A stretch of DNA of 64,000 nt. Source: an uncultured Gammaproteobacteria bacterium. Its GTDB lineage: Bacteria > Patescibacteriota > Microgenomatia > JALYQM01. This document shows positions 55,404 through 64,000 of the stretch, piece after piece; the first letter of the stretch is position 1; each line of letters starts with the position of its first letter. A program made the translations under genes and the position numbers. The stretch lies in the NCBI GenBank assembly GCA_964403585.1, contig CAYOFQ010000001.1:1472826-1536825 (forward strand). Direction: 5' to 3'. The notes beneath the pieces were generated by a model that did no database searches, was not told the DNA's origin, and worked only from the letters and a program-made list of their open reading frames with translations.

Positions 55404-56070
55404 CGAAGTCAAAACCGTTCAAAACGTCATCGACGCAGTTGAAGAAGCAGACATAGGCAACATCAATAAGGAAATTATCATCGTCGATGACCTTTCTACC
55501 GATGGAACACGTGATATATTAAAAAAACTTAACCCCGAAAAGTATAAAATAATTCTGAAAGAAAAAAATGAAGGCAAAGGAGCAACGGTAAAAGTTGGAA
55601 TTTTGGCATCAACAGGTGACCTGCTGATCATTCAGGACGCCGACCTCGAATACGATCCCCACGAATTCTCAATTATGCTTGAACCGTTTCTAAAAAACAA
55701 AGCCGATGTTGTGTACGGTTCACGCTTTCGCGGCGGCCGTCCCAGTCGCATGATTTATTACCAGAACCAGCTGGCCAACAAAGTAATTACTGCCCTTTCA
55801 AATCTCTTTACCAAATATAATCTCAGCGACGTTGAGACAGGGTATAAAATGTTTAAAGGCGAACTAATTCGAACTATCGCTCCTAAACTGGAATCAAAAA
55901 AATTTGGCTTTGAACTTGAAGTGACTGCCTACCTCTCCCGCACTAATGCCCGTCTCTATGAAGTTGGCATTGCGTATTACGGCCGATCCAAAGAGGAAGG
56001 TAAACATATAGGGATATCTGATGGATTTCTCGCCATCTGGGAGATTTTTAAGTACAACCTTTTTCGGTAA
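55363..56070 (+). CDS. family 2 glycosyltransferase (polyprenol-phosphate sugar synthase-like)
   Basis: LSVVIPVYNE and DxD (IIIVDDLSTDGT) motifs. Confidence 0.8.
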   Translation: MNVTTLSVVIPVYNEVKTVQNVIDAVEEADIGNINKEIIIVDDLSTDGTRDILKKLNPEKYKIILKEKNEGKGATVKVGILASTGDLLIIQDADLEYDPHEFSIMLEPFLKNKADVVYGSRFRGGRPSRMIYYQNQLANKVITALSNLFTKYNLSDVETGYKMFKGELIRTIAPKLESKKFGFELEVTAYLSRTNARLYEVGIAYYGRSKEEGKHIGISDGFLAIWEIFKYNLFR

Positions 56071-56089
56071 ATATGGTATATATAAACCA

Positions 56090-57619
56090 ATGATCAAAGA
56101 CCTATTCCGGAAATATCGGTACCCTCTCTCAATTCTGGTAGTCTTGCTCATTGCTTTCCTCACCAGATTTTATAACTTCCACCAACACTATGGACTCGGT
56201 GGCGACGACGCCCGCGATGTTATGATTGCCCGTGAAGCACTCCAGCGACACGAAGTTCCATTAATCGGTTCTTTCAGTTCGGCCGGACCCTTTGTTTTTG
56301 GACCATTATTTTATTGGACTATTATGGCCAGTATTCTGGTGCTGCCCTTCCCGTTTATCTCACCCTGGATTGTTATCGGCAGTATGAGCATCGTCACCAT
56401 ACTCATACTTATGCGCGCATCATACCTGATTGCAGGTGAACGATTCGCCTTACTCACCGGAATTCTTGCCGCAACTTCTCCGCAAATGATCAGTCGCGCA
56501 CTATCCTTAGGACAACATTCCTACATATCCTTTATCGCATCCTTGTTGATACTGAATTATATTTTGCTCTGGCAGCGAAAGAAAATAAAATACGGTATAT
56601 TTATCGGGTTATGTCTTGGTATTGGATTAAGCATGCACTACCAGGCAATTAATTTACTGATCTTTATCCCTGCGACCCTGCTCGTTCCCGGTATAGAACT
56701 ACGAAGAAAAATCCGCATGATTGTAGGTCTAACAGTAGCCTTGCTCATCCCTTCACTTCCAATCATATTCTGGGATGCGCAACAAAGTTTTGCCAACACC
56801 CGAAACATTCTGGACTACTTACTGATCGGACAATATCGGCTCTATGTCCCAAACAGCTGGAAACTATTTCTGTCACAATACTTTCCTACCTATTGGTCCT
56901 TTGTACTCGGTGCGTTCAAACCAATTGGCATACTCCTCATGATCAGTACCGGATTATTTATTCTACGGCAGGTCATAAAAAAACAACTGCCCTCAGTCCT
57001 GACCATGATTTCCGTAGTATTTCTCTGTATGGTTATAGTCAACCGGTATTACCACGGCGAACGGTCCGAAGGCTATCTCCTGTATCTACAACCATTCATT
57101 ATCCTGCTCACCTCTTACTGCATATATCTCCTGATTGCCAAAACCCGGTACCCGGACTGGTATGACATACTCGTAAGAACCGGCGGCATCATGCTGCTCT
57201 TCTTAGCTTTAATTGGCAATCTCGTCTATCTGCAAAAACATATTCAATATAAAAGCACAGTCGGCGCCATCGAAAAAAGCGTTGCCGAACTAAAACACAA
57301 ATATCCGAACACCAAATTTTCAGTCTACGACTACGGCTGGCAAAGTGGTAACTGGAGTCAGTCACTCAGCTTTATTCTGGAAAGAGAGAACCTCATCGAC
57401 AAAAAAGGCATGCCAATCGGGTTCAATTGCATCAAAGGGTGTACCGAAACCTATCCGGTTATAACCGACATTGCCGGTGCTCCGGTCGTAGATTTACGGG
57501 AAGCTCAGGATCTCAATTCCAAAACCTGGATGAATGTTAACCAATCCAGTCTGTACGACGACCTGATGAGCTGGACAAAAACCGAAAAGCTCAAATCCAA
57601 TTTTCAATTCTTCAAATAA
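56090..57619 (+). CDS. GT-C family membrane glycosyltransferase (ArnT/PMT-like)
   Basis: ~12 TM with an N-terminal loop GLGGDDARD. ATG 56090 is preferred over the upstream extension. Confidence 0.65.
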   Translation: MIKDLFRKYRYPLSILVVLLIAFLTRFYNFHQHYGLGGDDARDVMIAREALQRHEVPLIGSFSSAGPFVFGPLFYWTIMASILVLPFPFISPWIVIGSMSIVTILILMRASYLIAGERFALLTGILAATSPQMISRALSLGQHSYISFIASLLILNYILLWQRKKIKYGIFIGLCLGIGLSMHYQAINLLIFIPATLLVPGIELRRKIRMIVGLTVALLIPSLPIIFWDAQQSFANTRNILDYLLIGQYRLYVPNSWKLFLSQYFPTYWSFVLGAFKPIGILLMISTGLFILRQVIKKQLPSVLTMISVVFLCMVIVNRYYHGERSEGYLLYLQPFIILLTSYCIYLLIAKTRYPDWYDILVRTGGIMLLFLALIGNLVYLQKHIQYKSTVGAIEKSVAELKHKYPNTKFSVYDYGWQSGNWSQSLSFILERENLIDKKGMPIGFNCIKGCTETYPVITDIAGAPVVDLREAQDLNSKTWMNVNQSSLYDDLMSWTKTEKLKSNFQFFK

Positions 57620-57625
57620 CAGGGA

Positions 57626-57991
57626 CTAGGCTTCCCACGGAGTCATCAGCTGGAAATAATTTCCGTCAGGATCAGCAAGGGTAGCGATCCATGCGCCCCC
57701 CATCTCGTACGGCTCTTTCACAACTTTCGCCTGAGGAATTGCTTTGATTCGTTCAAATTCTTCTTTCACTTCTTTCGTTTCAAAGTTAAACATTACCCGA
57801 CCCGGATCTTTTGTCGGCCCACTCATCTCTGAATGTTCACCAACAGATAAGAAGGTCGACCCAACACTCCACCCCCAGTAACCGCCATCCTGCATATCTG
57901 CCGCTTTACCAAACACTTTTTCATAAAAGTCAGCCAGTATTTTCGGCTGCATCGAACCAATCATTATCGAGTTTAAGTTTAAATTACTCAT
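57626..57991 (-). CDS. VOC (glyoxalase/bleomycin resistance) family protein
   Basis: 121-aa protein with the paired beta-alpha-beta-beta-beta pattern. Confidence 0.55.
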   Translation of the reverse strand: MSNLNLNSIMIGSMQPKILADFYEKVFGKAADMQDGGYWGWSVGSTFLSVGEHSEMSGPTKDPGRVMFNFETKEVKEEFERIKAIPQAKVVKEPYEMGGAWIATLADPDGNYFQLMTPWEA

Positions 57992-58025
57992 ATGCGCCTC
58001 CCTTAATAGTTATACTAAGAGTATA

Positions 58026-59540
58026 TCATTCCAGAGCACCAATCAACAATCCGTTCTCTAACCTGTCAAACTTCAATGGCCGTTCCGGCTTTACAACGGT
58101 TTCCAGCCAACCGTTATAGGTCCAGGGGCGTGCAGCATCAGGCTGTACAATAACAAAATATAAACTCTCTTTCGTAGAGGTAGGAACATAATGATATTTT
58201 CGCTGTCCATGCCACCACAAAATATAATCATATTCGTAGGTATACACCGGAGGGGTGAATATTAATAATCCAAACGGTTTTCCTGCAGCTTTCGCGTACA
58301 CCCTATCGATTGCCTTAACTTTATACGCATACGATTCCATACTTGCCGGAGCACGAAGCTCCCGAACAAAATACGTCGTACCAAAGTACAAACTATAAAC
58401 CACAAAAACTCCCAATATACCCCATAATGCACAGGTCAACCAGACCAATCCCTCATGTAAAGATTTCATAAGTACATACGCAAAAATAAAGATATATGCA
58501 ACATTCAGTTCCATTAAATAATAGGTATAAACCGAATTCCGCAAAAATGAAAATATCAGGAAGCTGCTGGGAATGAGTACCAACAAATACAAATAGAACT
58601 TTCGTAGCGAGACATCTTCTTCCGTTCGCAAATAGCGCCATATCGCATAAGCCAACACTAATGCCAGAAGTATCAATAACCACACCTGCGGTCTGGGGAA
58701 TGTATCCAAGAAACTGTACCAGAAAGAATTTAAATGGTCGGCTAAATAATAACTCAGACTATGGGAATCCTTTGAGGTAGCTTTACTTCCCCCTCCTGCA
58801 ATAACAGCCGTAAGCGCAAAAGATTTATGTTTAACCCAGAACAACAATTGTGGAGAAAAAGCTATTACAAAACCAACCAGAGATACACCATACGATCGAA
58901 CTCGTCGCTCCTTAGTAATCACCAGCCAAACCAGCAACCCCAAACACATCGGCACCGCCACCGCTGTCTGAAAGTTATACACAAAACCGCACAAAAACGC
59001 CGTAAGCAGAAGTAACCACCACCGTTGTCGTACTATATAAAAATAGAGCGACGCTAAAGCCAGGAGAATAAACACCGTCGAAGGATGCGTATTCCATATA
59101 TACCGCGTTTGCTGAATAAATGTTGGTGAAATGGCAAACAGCACCGCCACCAGTAATCCACCACCTGTGCCCAACACCCGACGCCCCAACCAGTAACTAG
59201 CAGCAATTGAAGCCAGTGAAAACACCAGCATTAAAACAATACCACCATACGGATCCCCATTAAATAAAATAAACGGTATCGTTAAGAGATAGTAATACCC
59301 CGGCCCCTGGTAAATTCCTCCCAAGCCGGCAAAACCGCCACCCAACTCCGATCCGATTAACCGGGGTTTATGATCAACCACAATCGATTTAGCAACTAAA
59401 TAATCTCTTCCCTGGTCAAAACCAAAGATGTAGTCTCCTTTGAGTGCAGTTAGTATTCGCGGCACTAAAGCAAGATACACAATCAAAATAATAATCAGGA
59501 AAAGAATTTTCTTTTTGTGAAGAAGTAGTGTCGAAAGCAT
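58026..59540 (-). CDS. GT-C family membrane glycosyltransferase (ArnT/PMT-like), paralog of 56090..57619
   Basis: Similar topology. N-terminal loop GFDQGRDYLVAKS. Confidence 0.6.
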   Translation of the reverse strand: MLSTLLLHKKKILFLIIILIVYLALVPRILTALKGDYIFGFDQGRDYLVAKSIVVDHKPRLIGSELGGGFAGLGGIYQGPGYYYLLTIPFILFNGDPYGGIVLMLVFSLASIAASYWLGRRVLGTGGGLLVAVLFAISPTFIQQTRYIWNTHPSTVFILLALASLYFYIVRQRWWLLLLTAFLCGFVYNFQTAVAVPMCLGLLVWLVITKERRVRSYGVSLVGFVIAFSPQLLFWVKHKSFALTAVIAGGGSKATSKDSHSLSYYLADHLNSFWYSFLDTFPRPQVWLLILLALVLAYAIWRYLRTEEDVSLRKFYLYLLVLIPSSFLIFSFLRNSVYTYYLMELNVAYIFIFAYVLMKSLHEGLVWLTCALWGILGVFVVYSLYFGTTYFVRELRAPASMESYAYKVKAIDRVYAKAAGKPFGLLIFTPPVYTYEYDYILWWHGQRKYHYVPTSTKESLYFVIVQPDAARPWTYNGWLETVVKPERPLKFDRLENGLLIGALE

Positions 59541-59570
59541 ATCAAGTAGCCAAAGTATAGTACAAAAATG

Positions 59571-60083
59571 CTATTTCTGCTGAAGTACTTCGGCAGCCAT
59601 ACGAATTCGGGGAATATCATTCTCAATAATATCTTTGGGAAGATTATCAATAGCAAACAAGTCCCCTACTTCAGGGTTCTCGGCTATTTCAATTCGGTGA
59701 ATCAGCGATACTTCTTTTCCGCGCACAATTTCATCAAAAACATAGCCAACAAATACCGGATTAGCCGCAATCGTCGGATTCAATAATTCCTTCGCCAAAA
59801 TTCGAAGCACCGCATCCTTAATTGTTTCATCACTTGCCCGCAGTATGGTTCCGGGCGGATGATACAAGCCGGGGTAAAACGGATCAGCTGTATCCCGACG
59901 TAATAGCAAAACTTTCTCACTGCCATCAGCCTGTTTCACAAAAGGTATCAATACAACCGTACACGTAGTCATAAGCCGGGCAATCGAACGGAAAATATCT
60001 ACCGGCAACAATCCCGGCTCCAGTTTACCTAATATAGCCACAACACTTTGGATCTCTTCAGGAGTTAATTCAGCCATAAGCAA
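59571..60083 (-). CDS. NUDIX-like hydrolase (degenerate Nudix box)
   Basis: GLYHPPGTILRASDETIKDAVLRILAKEL resembles Gx5Ex7REUxEE. Confidence 0.35.
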   Translation of the reverse strand: MLMAELTPEEIQSVVAILGKLEPGLLPVDIFRSIARLMTTCTVVLIPFVKQADGSEKVLLLRRDTADPFYPGLYHPPGTILRASDETIKDAVLRILAKELLNPTIAANPVFVGYVFDEIVRGKEVSLIHRIEIAENPEVGDLFAIDNLPKDIIENDIPRIRMAAEVLQQK

Positions 60084-60105
60084 AGTATATCAAAATACTT
60101 CAATA

Positions 60106-60687
60106 TTAGTAAGATTCGGGACCATTCGGTTTACTTTCCGAAAGCCCGCGCACCGTGACAACCGTCTCCTGAGAAGCCTCACTGCAAACAGTCATTTTTA
60201 GTAAGGTATTTCTATCCTGATCATGAAAAATAAGCACCTCACTTGGCGAGGTCTGATACATAAAAGAAACCTCCGTCTGCTCAACAAGGCTTTGACACTG
60301 CGGTCCATTTGGATAATGCACCAGCGAATAAACACTCCTACCGGGCGCAAGCACCAGCTGTTCATTCCCTGTTTTTCCCTCCGAACGAACAGTAATATTT
60401 GTAGACGAATAAACCGGCTTGACAAAATTATTGCCGGTGATTTCACAGGATCTCCCGGAAACATTTTCCATTGTTAAAGTAGTATAAACAGTCCCAGCTG
60501 CTGCCTCCTGCTGCGCTACAGCATCAAGTTCATTTAGAGAACAATATTTCGCTGCCTCACCTGAAGAAGGTATTGTCGGACTGGGATGCAAGCTCGACTG
60601 AATAGTATTTTTTCTCTGTACAGCGATTATTGCCCCGACAGCAACTACCCCGGTTAATATAATAATCAATAGTAATCGCTTCACCAT
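60106..60687 (-). CDS. secreted/membrane-anchored protein with conserved Cys residues
   Basis: N-terminal TM/signal. Confidence 0.45.
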   Translation of the reverse strand: MVKRLLLIIILTGVVAVGAIIAVQRKNTIQSSLHPSPTIPSSGEAAKYCSLNELDAVAQQEAAAGTVYTTLTMENVSGRSCEITGNNFVKPVYSSTNITVRSEGKTGNEQLVLAPGRSVYSLVHYPNGPQCQSLVEQTEVSFMYQTSPSEVLIFHDQDRNTLLKMTVCSEASQETVVTVRGLSESKPNGPESY

Positions 60688-60690
60688 AAA

Positions 60691-61449
60691 TTATGGCCTC
60701 CGATAAGGAATGGCATCAAACTCTGCCGGGATAACTACTTTCCCCGGACATATAACATCTCTCATACTACGCCGCTGTTCAAAGAATTTCTGAGGATCAT
60801 TTGTATATAATTCCATACCTAGTAAATCCGTACCGGTCATAATAACATTCCCTGCTTCGTCTCGGACCGTAGCGCTTAGTTGCGTACCGGATGTGTAGAC
60901 AAAAGGCGAATTATTTATTGGATTTACCGAATACGAAGAAAATTCTTCCAACTTTTGCGGATAAGCCCGATTTCGAAAATAATACGTTGCAAAATCTATG
61001 GCTACCTGCTCCTTAAGGCAGGTAAATCTCCAGTTTGCCTGTTTCTCAAACTGCTTAACCCATATACCAAACAATACGGTACTAAAAACTACATAAATCA
61101 GAAGAAAACGTATGAGATCTAAAATAATACGAGCGTATTTATAACTAAAGAAATTTTTCCCTGCTTGTACCCGCGCCCACAGCAGCAGCAAAAGAGACGT
61201 TACAAAGTCGGCTATAATAAACAACAAAATGAAGGGAGGGAGAACAATCGCACCTTTAACCACTGTAAGCCGCAAATAATATGAATAAGAATCCTGCAAC
61301 TGAAAATTTACGTAGATTCCTGCTCCTGCCATTAATAAAGAAAAGAACGGATGGAGTTTAGTTACCGAATTTTTGAACAAACGCGACAAAATAGAATCTT
61401 TAAAGGAGAAGTACACAGCAGTAATAATAGTCCATACCCAACCATCCAT
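60691..61449 (-). CDS. membrane protein with extracytoplasmic C-terminal domain (start uncertain)
   Basis: The ORF runs to 61785 but overlaps a well-supported divergent gene. The internal Met at 61449 or 61332 is more plausible. Confidence 0.4.
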   Translation of the reverse strand: MDGWVWTIITAVYFSFKDSILSRLFKNSVTKLHPFFSLLMAGAGIYVNFQLQDSYSYYLRLTVVKGAIVLPPFILLFIIADFVTSLLLLLWARVQAGKNFFSYKYARIILDLIRFLLIYVVFSTVLFGIWVKQFEKQANWRFTCLKEQVAIDFATYYFRNRAYPQKLEEFSSYSVNPINNSPFVYTSGTQLSATVRDEAGNVIMTGTDLLGMELYTNDPQKFFEQRRSMRDVICPGKVVIPAEFDAIPYRRP

Positions 61450-61468
61450 ATTATAATAGTAGCACGCT

Positions 61469-61972
61469 ATGTACAAATTCAAAGCAACTATCCGTATCAT
61501 TGGCATCAACCCGTTTGTCGAAATACCACACGCTATTTTGCAAAAAATTTTCCACGACGCCGCCAAAGAAAAAGGACCAATTCCGGTCCACGGAACCATC
61601 AATGGACATCCGTTCACACAAACACTGGTTAAATATAAAGATCTGTGGCGCCTGTATCTCAACACACCTATGCGCCAAGCCTCCAGCACTACTGTCGGCG
61701 ATACCGCAACTTTTGAAATTGCCTTCGATCCCCAACCAAGAAAAGAACCGGTCAACAAATACTTAACCCAGGCACTCACTACCAACCAGTTCGCAAATAT
61801 CGCCTTTGACCAACTTCCTTCCTACCGCCGGAAAGAAATTAACCGGTACTTAAACGGACTCAAATCTGAGGAAAAAATCCGGGAAAACATCGACAAAATC
61901 ATCCGCCACCTCGAGGGCGAAGAAGTAGACAGTATCCTCTTTTACCAAAGAAAGTCAAAACAGTCTTCATAA
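61469..61972 (+). CDS. DUF1905 / YdeI-OmpD-associated family protein
   Basis: N-terminal MYKFKATIRIIG. C-terminal LPSYRRKEINRYLNGLKSEEKIRENIDKII matches the YdeI C-domain pattern. Confidence 0.6.
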   Translation: MYKFKATIRIIGINPFVEIPHAILQKIFHDAAKEKGPIPVHGTINGHPFTQTLVKYKDLWRLYLNTPMRQASSTTVGDTATFEIAFDPQPRKEPVNKYLTQALTTNQFANIAFDQLPSYRRKEINRYLNGLKSEEKIRENIDKIIRHLEGEEVDSILFYQRKSKQSS

Positions 61973-62049
61973 ACGAAAAAATTGTGCTTTTGCAATTATT
62001 ATAACAATGTTGTATAATAATCATACATTTTCATAGTACATTATATAGC

Positions 62050-63006
62050 ATGAAAATAAGACTTTTACTTACCATAATAATATTATCCGTGCTTGGGCTT
62101 ATTGCAGCCAAGTCCGTAGATTTTCAGCAGCTGAGCTCAAATATTCGTAAATTTCCTCAGATGCTGCTGATTGTGGCAATACTCTTGTCTTTAAGCCTTA
62201 CGGTGATCAAAACCTGGCGATTACGCGTCCTGCTCAAAAAGAATAATATCGAACCACCCGTTTGGCCATCATATCGCCTTTTTGTCGCAAGTCAGGCCAT
62301 TACTGCCCTCCCCGGAGGCGAAGCCTCCCGGGCATATTTGGTTACCAAAGAAAGCCACGCCGCCCTGCACGAAGCAGCAACTCCTGTGCTACTCCAGGCA
62401 CTATTAGAACTCTTCCCAGCAGTTGTGGTAGTCATCTTTTGTAGTTTTTTCTATCCGCAAATGTTAACAGCTGGGCTCATTGCACTGGCTCTGCTGCTTA
62501 TCACCTTAGTCATCCTTACCAACAATAAAATTCTCACATTCTTACTCGAACAAGGTTCACGCTGGTCCGTAATTAAGTCACACCAACTCCAAATCCTTAC
62601 CATGCAAAAAGATCTCAATACCACTATCTTTAAAAACAACTCCTACCTGCCAAGCCAAACAATCATCTATGCTTTTCTGCTCGGCATTCTCACAGATATT
62701 GTCGGGGGGGTTCTTATCAAAGTCATTGCTCAAGGCTTTGGACAAAGCATCTCTTTATTCAATAGCGTCTTTGTCTACGCCGGCGGAGTTGCCATCCAGG
62801 GTCTTTCCACTGTCTCGCCTGGCGGAATTGGCTTTACTGAAGGCGGAATGACTGGAATCTTAACGTTTTTCGGCATTAATAGTGCCCTGGAAATCGTCCT
62901 TATTTATCGCTTCGTCACATTTATTTTCTATACACTTATTGGCTTGTTATTTATTATACTTTTCTATCGGAAAGATCTGCTCTTCGCTAAAAAAACCAGG
63001 GAGTAA
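62050..63006 (+). CDS. lysylphosphatidylglycerol-synthase TM-region / flippase-like membrane protein (UPF0104)
   Basis: 8-TM profile. Conserved ALPGGEASRAY and GGIGFTEGGM motifs. Confidence 0.65.
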   Translation: MKIRLLLTIIILSVLGLIAAKSVDFQQLSSNIRKFPQMLLIVAILLSLSLTVIKTWRLRVLLKKNNIEPPVWPSYRLFVASQAITALPGGEASRAYLVTKESHAALHEAATPVLLQALLELFPAVVVVIFCSFFYPQMLTAGLIALALLLITLVILTNNKILTFLLEQGSRWSVIKSHQLQILTMQKDLNTTIFKNNSYLPSQTIIYAFLLGILTDIVGGVLIKVIAQGFGQSISLFNSVFVYAGGVAIQGLSTVSPGGIGFTEGGMTGILTFFGINSALEIVLIYRFVTFIFYTLIGLLFIILFYRKDLLFAKKTRE

Positions 63007-63053
63007 ATATGAAACTCGGTACAGTCTTATAAAAAATAAGATTCTATAGATAT

Positions 63054-63755
63054 TTGATGGCTTTTGTATTAGTAGCCGTAGCACTATTTGGATTTATCTT
63101 TATCGGTAAATTCATTCAAATCGACCCTACGGTCAAGACCTTCGATAGCTTTGTCTACGAAGCAATCCATCACGGCCCTCACTTCAAACTCCTCGACTGG
63201 CTGATTTACCCGTTCAATTTTAATTTTCTCCCCTGGGGTGGTACCATGCCAAGCTATTTTTACTTCATGCTGGGCTTCTTCTTTATCTATCTACTCATCT
63301 ACAATCGCAAAGTTTTCTTATGGGCACTCCTGGCCATTATTGTCGGATCGCTTATCGATATGAAAATTACCTCAATTCACTGGGATTATGTCCAGCGCGA
63401 TCGACCATTTTTAACACTACCCAACACCGTTGATGAATTCGGACAACGAGCTTGGCGCGGGTGGAACTCGTTTCCTTCCGGGCATGCCCGGGAAACCACC
63501 TTATACTCAATTATCATTGCCTCCTTCATCCCGCAAATACGTATATTCATGTATATATTTGTACTGTTCGTTGCCTACAGCCGCATCTACTTGGGAGCAC
63601 ACTTCCCTACCGACGTCATCTCCGGCGTTATCATTGGCTATTTAATTGCGAAAGCCACCATTATTCTTATCGGCGAATTACAAGTACTTAATAAACTCAG
63701 GAAGGGAGATACCCGTGTCACAAACCAGGACCCCGGCGAAGTCGATACCAAATAA
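63054..63755 (+). CDS. PAP2 family phosphatase
   Basis: FPSGHARE and SRIYLGAHFPTDV motifs. Confidence 0.8.
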   Translation: MMAFVLVAVALFGFIFIGKFIQIDPTVKTFDSFVYEAIHHGPHFKLLDWLIYPFNFNFLPWGGTMPSYFYFMLGFFFIYLLIYNRKVFLWALLAIIVGSLIDMKITSIHWDYVQRDRPFLTLPNTVDEFGQRAWRGWNSFPSGHARETTLYSIIIASFIPQIRIFMYIFVLFVAYSRIYLGAHFPTDVISGVIIGYLIAKATIILIGELQVLNKLRKGDTRVTNQDPGEVDTK

Positions 63756-64000
63756 AGTAAAACTCATTTATAATCCTAATGCTGGCAAAAAACGTAAAAA
63801 GTTCGCCGGACAACAGGGTGTATCTCTGGAAGAGATTAAAGATCTTTTGATTCAATACCAGATCGAGGCAGATTTCTTTCCCACTAAAAAAGCCGGCCAC
63901 GCTACCACCCTTGCGCAGGAAAGTGTTAAAGAAGGATACACCACAGTATTAGTCGCCGGGGGCGATGGTACTGTCGGTGAAGTAGCTAACGGGCTCGTCG
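63715..64000 (+). CDS. diacylglycerol kinase catalytic domain protein (YegS/DagK-like lipid kinase), 3' truncated
   Basis: GTG start after a GGGAG RBS. KVKLIYNPNAGKKRK...VLVAGGDGTVGEV. Runs off the window. Confidence 0.65.
   Translation, partial: MSQTRTPAKSIPNKVKLIYNPNAGKKRKKFAGQQGVSLEEIKDLLIQYQIEADFFPTKKAGHATTLAQESVKEGYTTVLVAGGDGTVGEVANGLV

Overview
This 64 kb window is AT-rich chromosomal DNA, probably from a monoderm (Gram-positive-type) bacterium. The evidence for that is two LPXTG sortase substrates, a T-box-like leader, lipoproteins, and canonical TTGACA-N17-TATAAT promoters with AAGGAGG ribosome-binding sites. I recognised no rRNA or tRNA gene, no CRISPR array, and no transposase or integrase.

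About 70 coding regions are supportable. They fall into five groups:
- Core metabolism: phosphoglycerate kinase (pgk), glyceraldehyde-3-phosphate dehydrogenase (gap), type II NADH dehydrogenase, flavodoxin, a 3-hydroxyisobutyrate dehydrogenase-family reductase, and acetolactate synthase large subunit (ilvB) with a small ACT subunit.
- DNA functions: a Y-family polymerase (DinB), the recombination ATPase RarA, and a pseudouridine synthase.
- Envelope and transport: an RND efflux pair, an ABC-2 exporter, VanW, peptidases, and a lipid-linked glycosylation and lipid-remodelling cluster (GT2 + two GT-C/ArnT-like enzymes + flippase-like protein + PAP2 phosphatase + diacylglycerol-kinase-like gene).
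- Regulators: an HxlR regulator with an ArsC/LMW-phosphatase gene, and an orphan PAS histidine kinase.
- Many hypothetical membrane or secreted proteins.

The most interesting things I found, in rough priority order:
1. A threonine-synthase-fold PLP enzyme fused to a LeuA-type allosteric (LeuA_dimer) domain. It is co-operonic with ilvB, the small ACT subunit and RidA, behind a T-box-like leader. I read this as a candidate feedback-regulated route to 2-oxobutanoate for isoleucine synthesis.
2. A recurring promoter-proximal palindromic motif (ATCCTATAGTA fused to the -35 TTGACA). It sits in front of two paralogous LPXTG proteins and three GC-rich membrane-protein genes that have about 300-nt structured leaders.
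3. A GC-rich island that looks like a structured ncRNA, with segments resembling RNase P conserved regions.
4. A Cys-rich small ORF tightly coupled to a radical SAM/SPASM protein at the window edge.
5. A 1013-aa membrane-associated ABC-type ATPase of unknown role.
6. A 734-aa FAD amine-oxidase-like multidomain protein.

All functional calls come from reading motifs in the translations. No database search was run.
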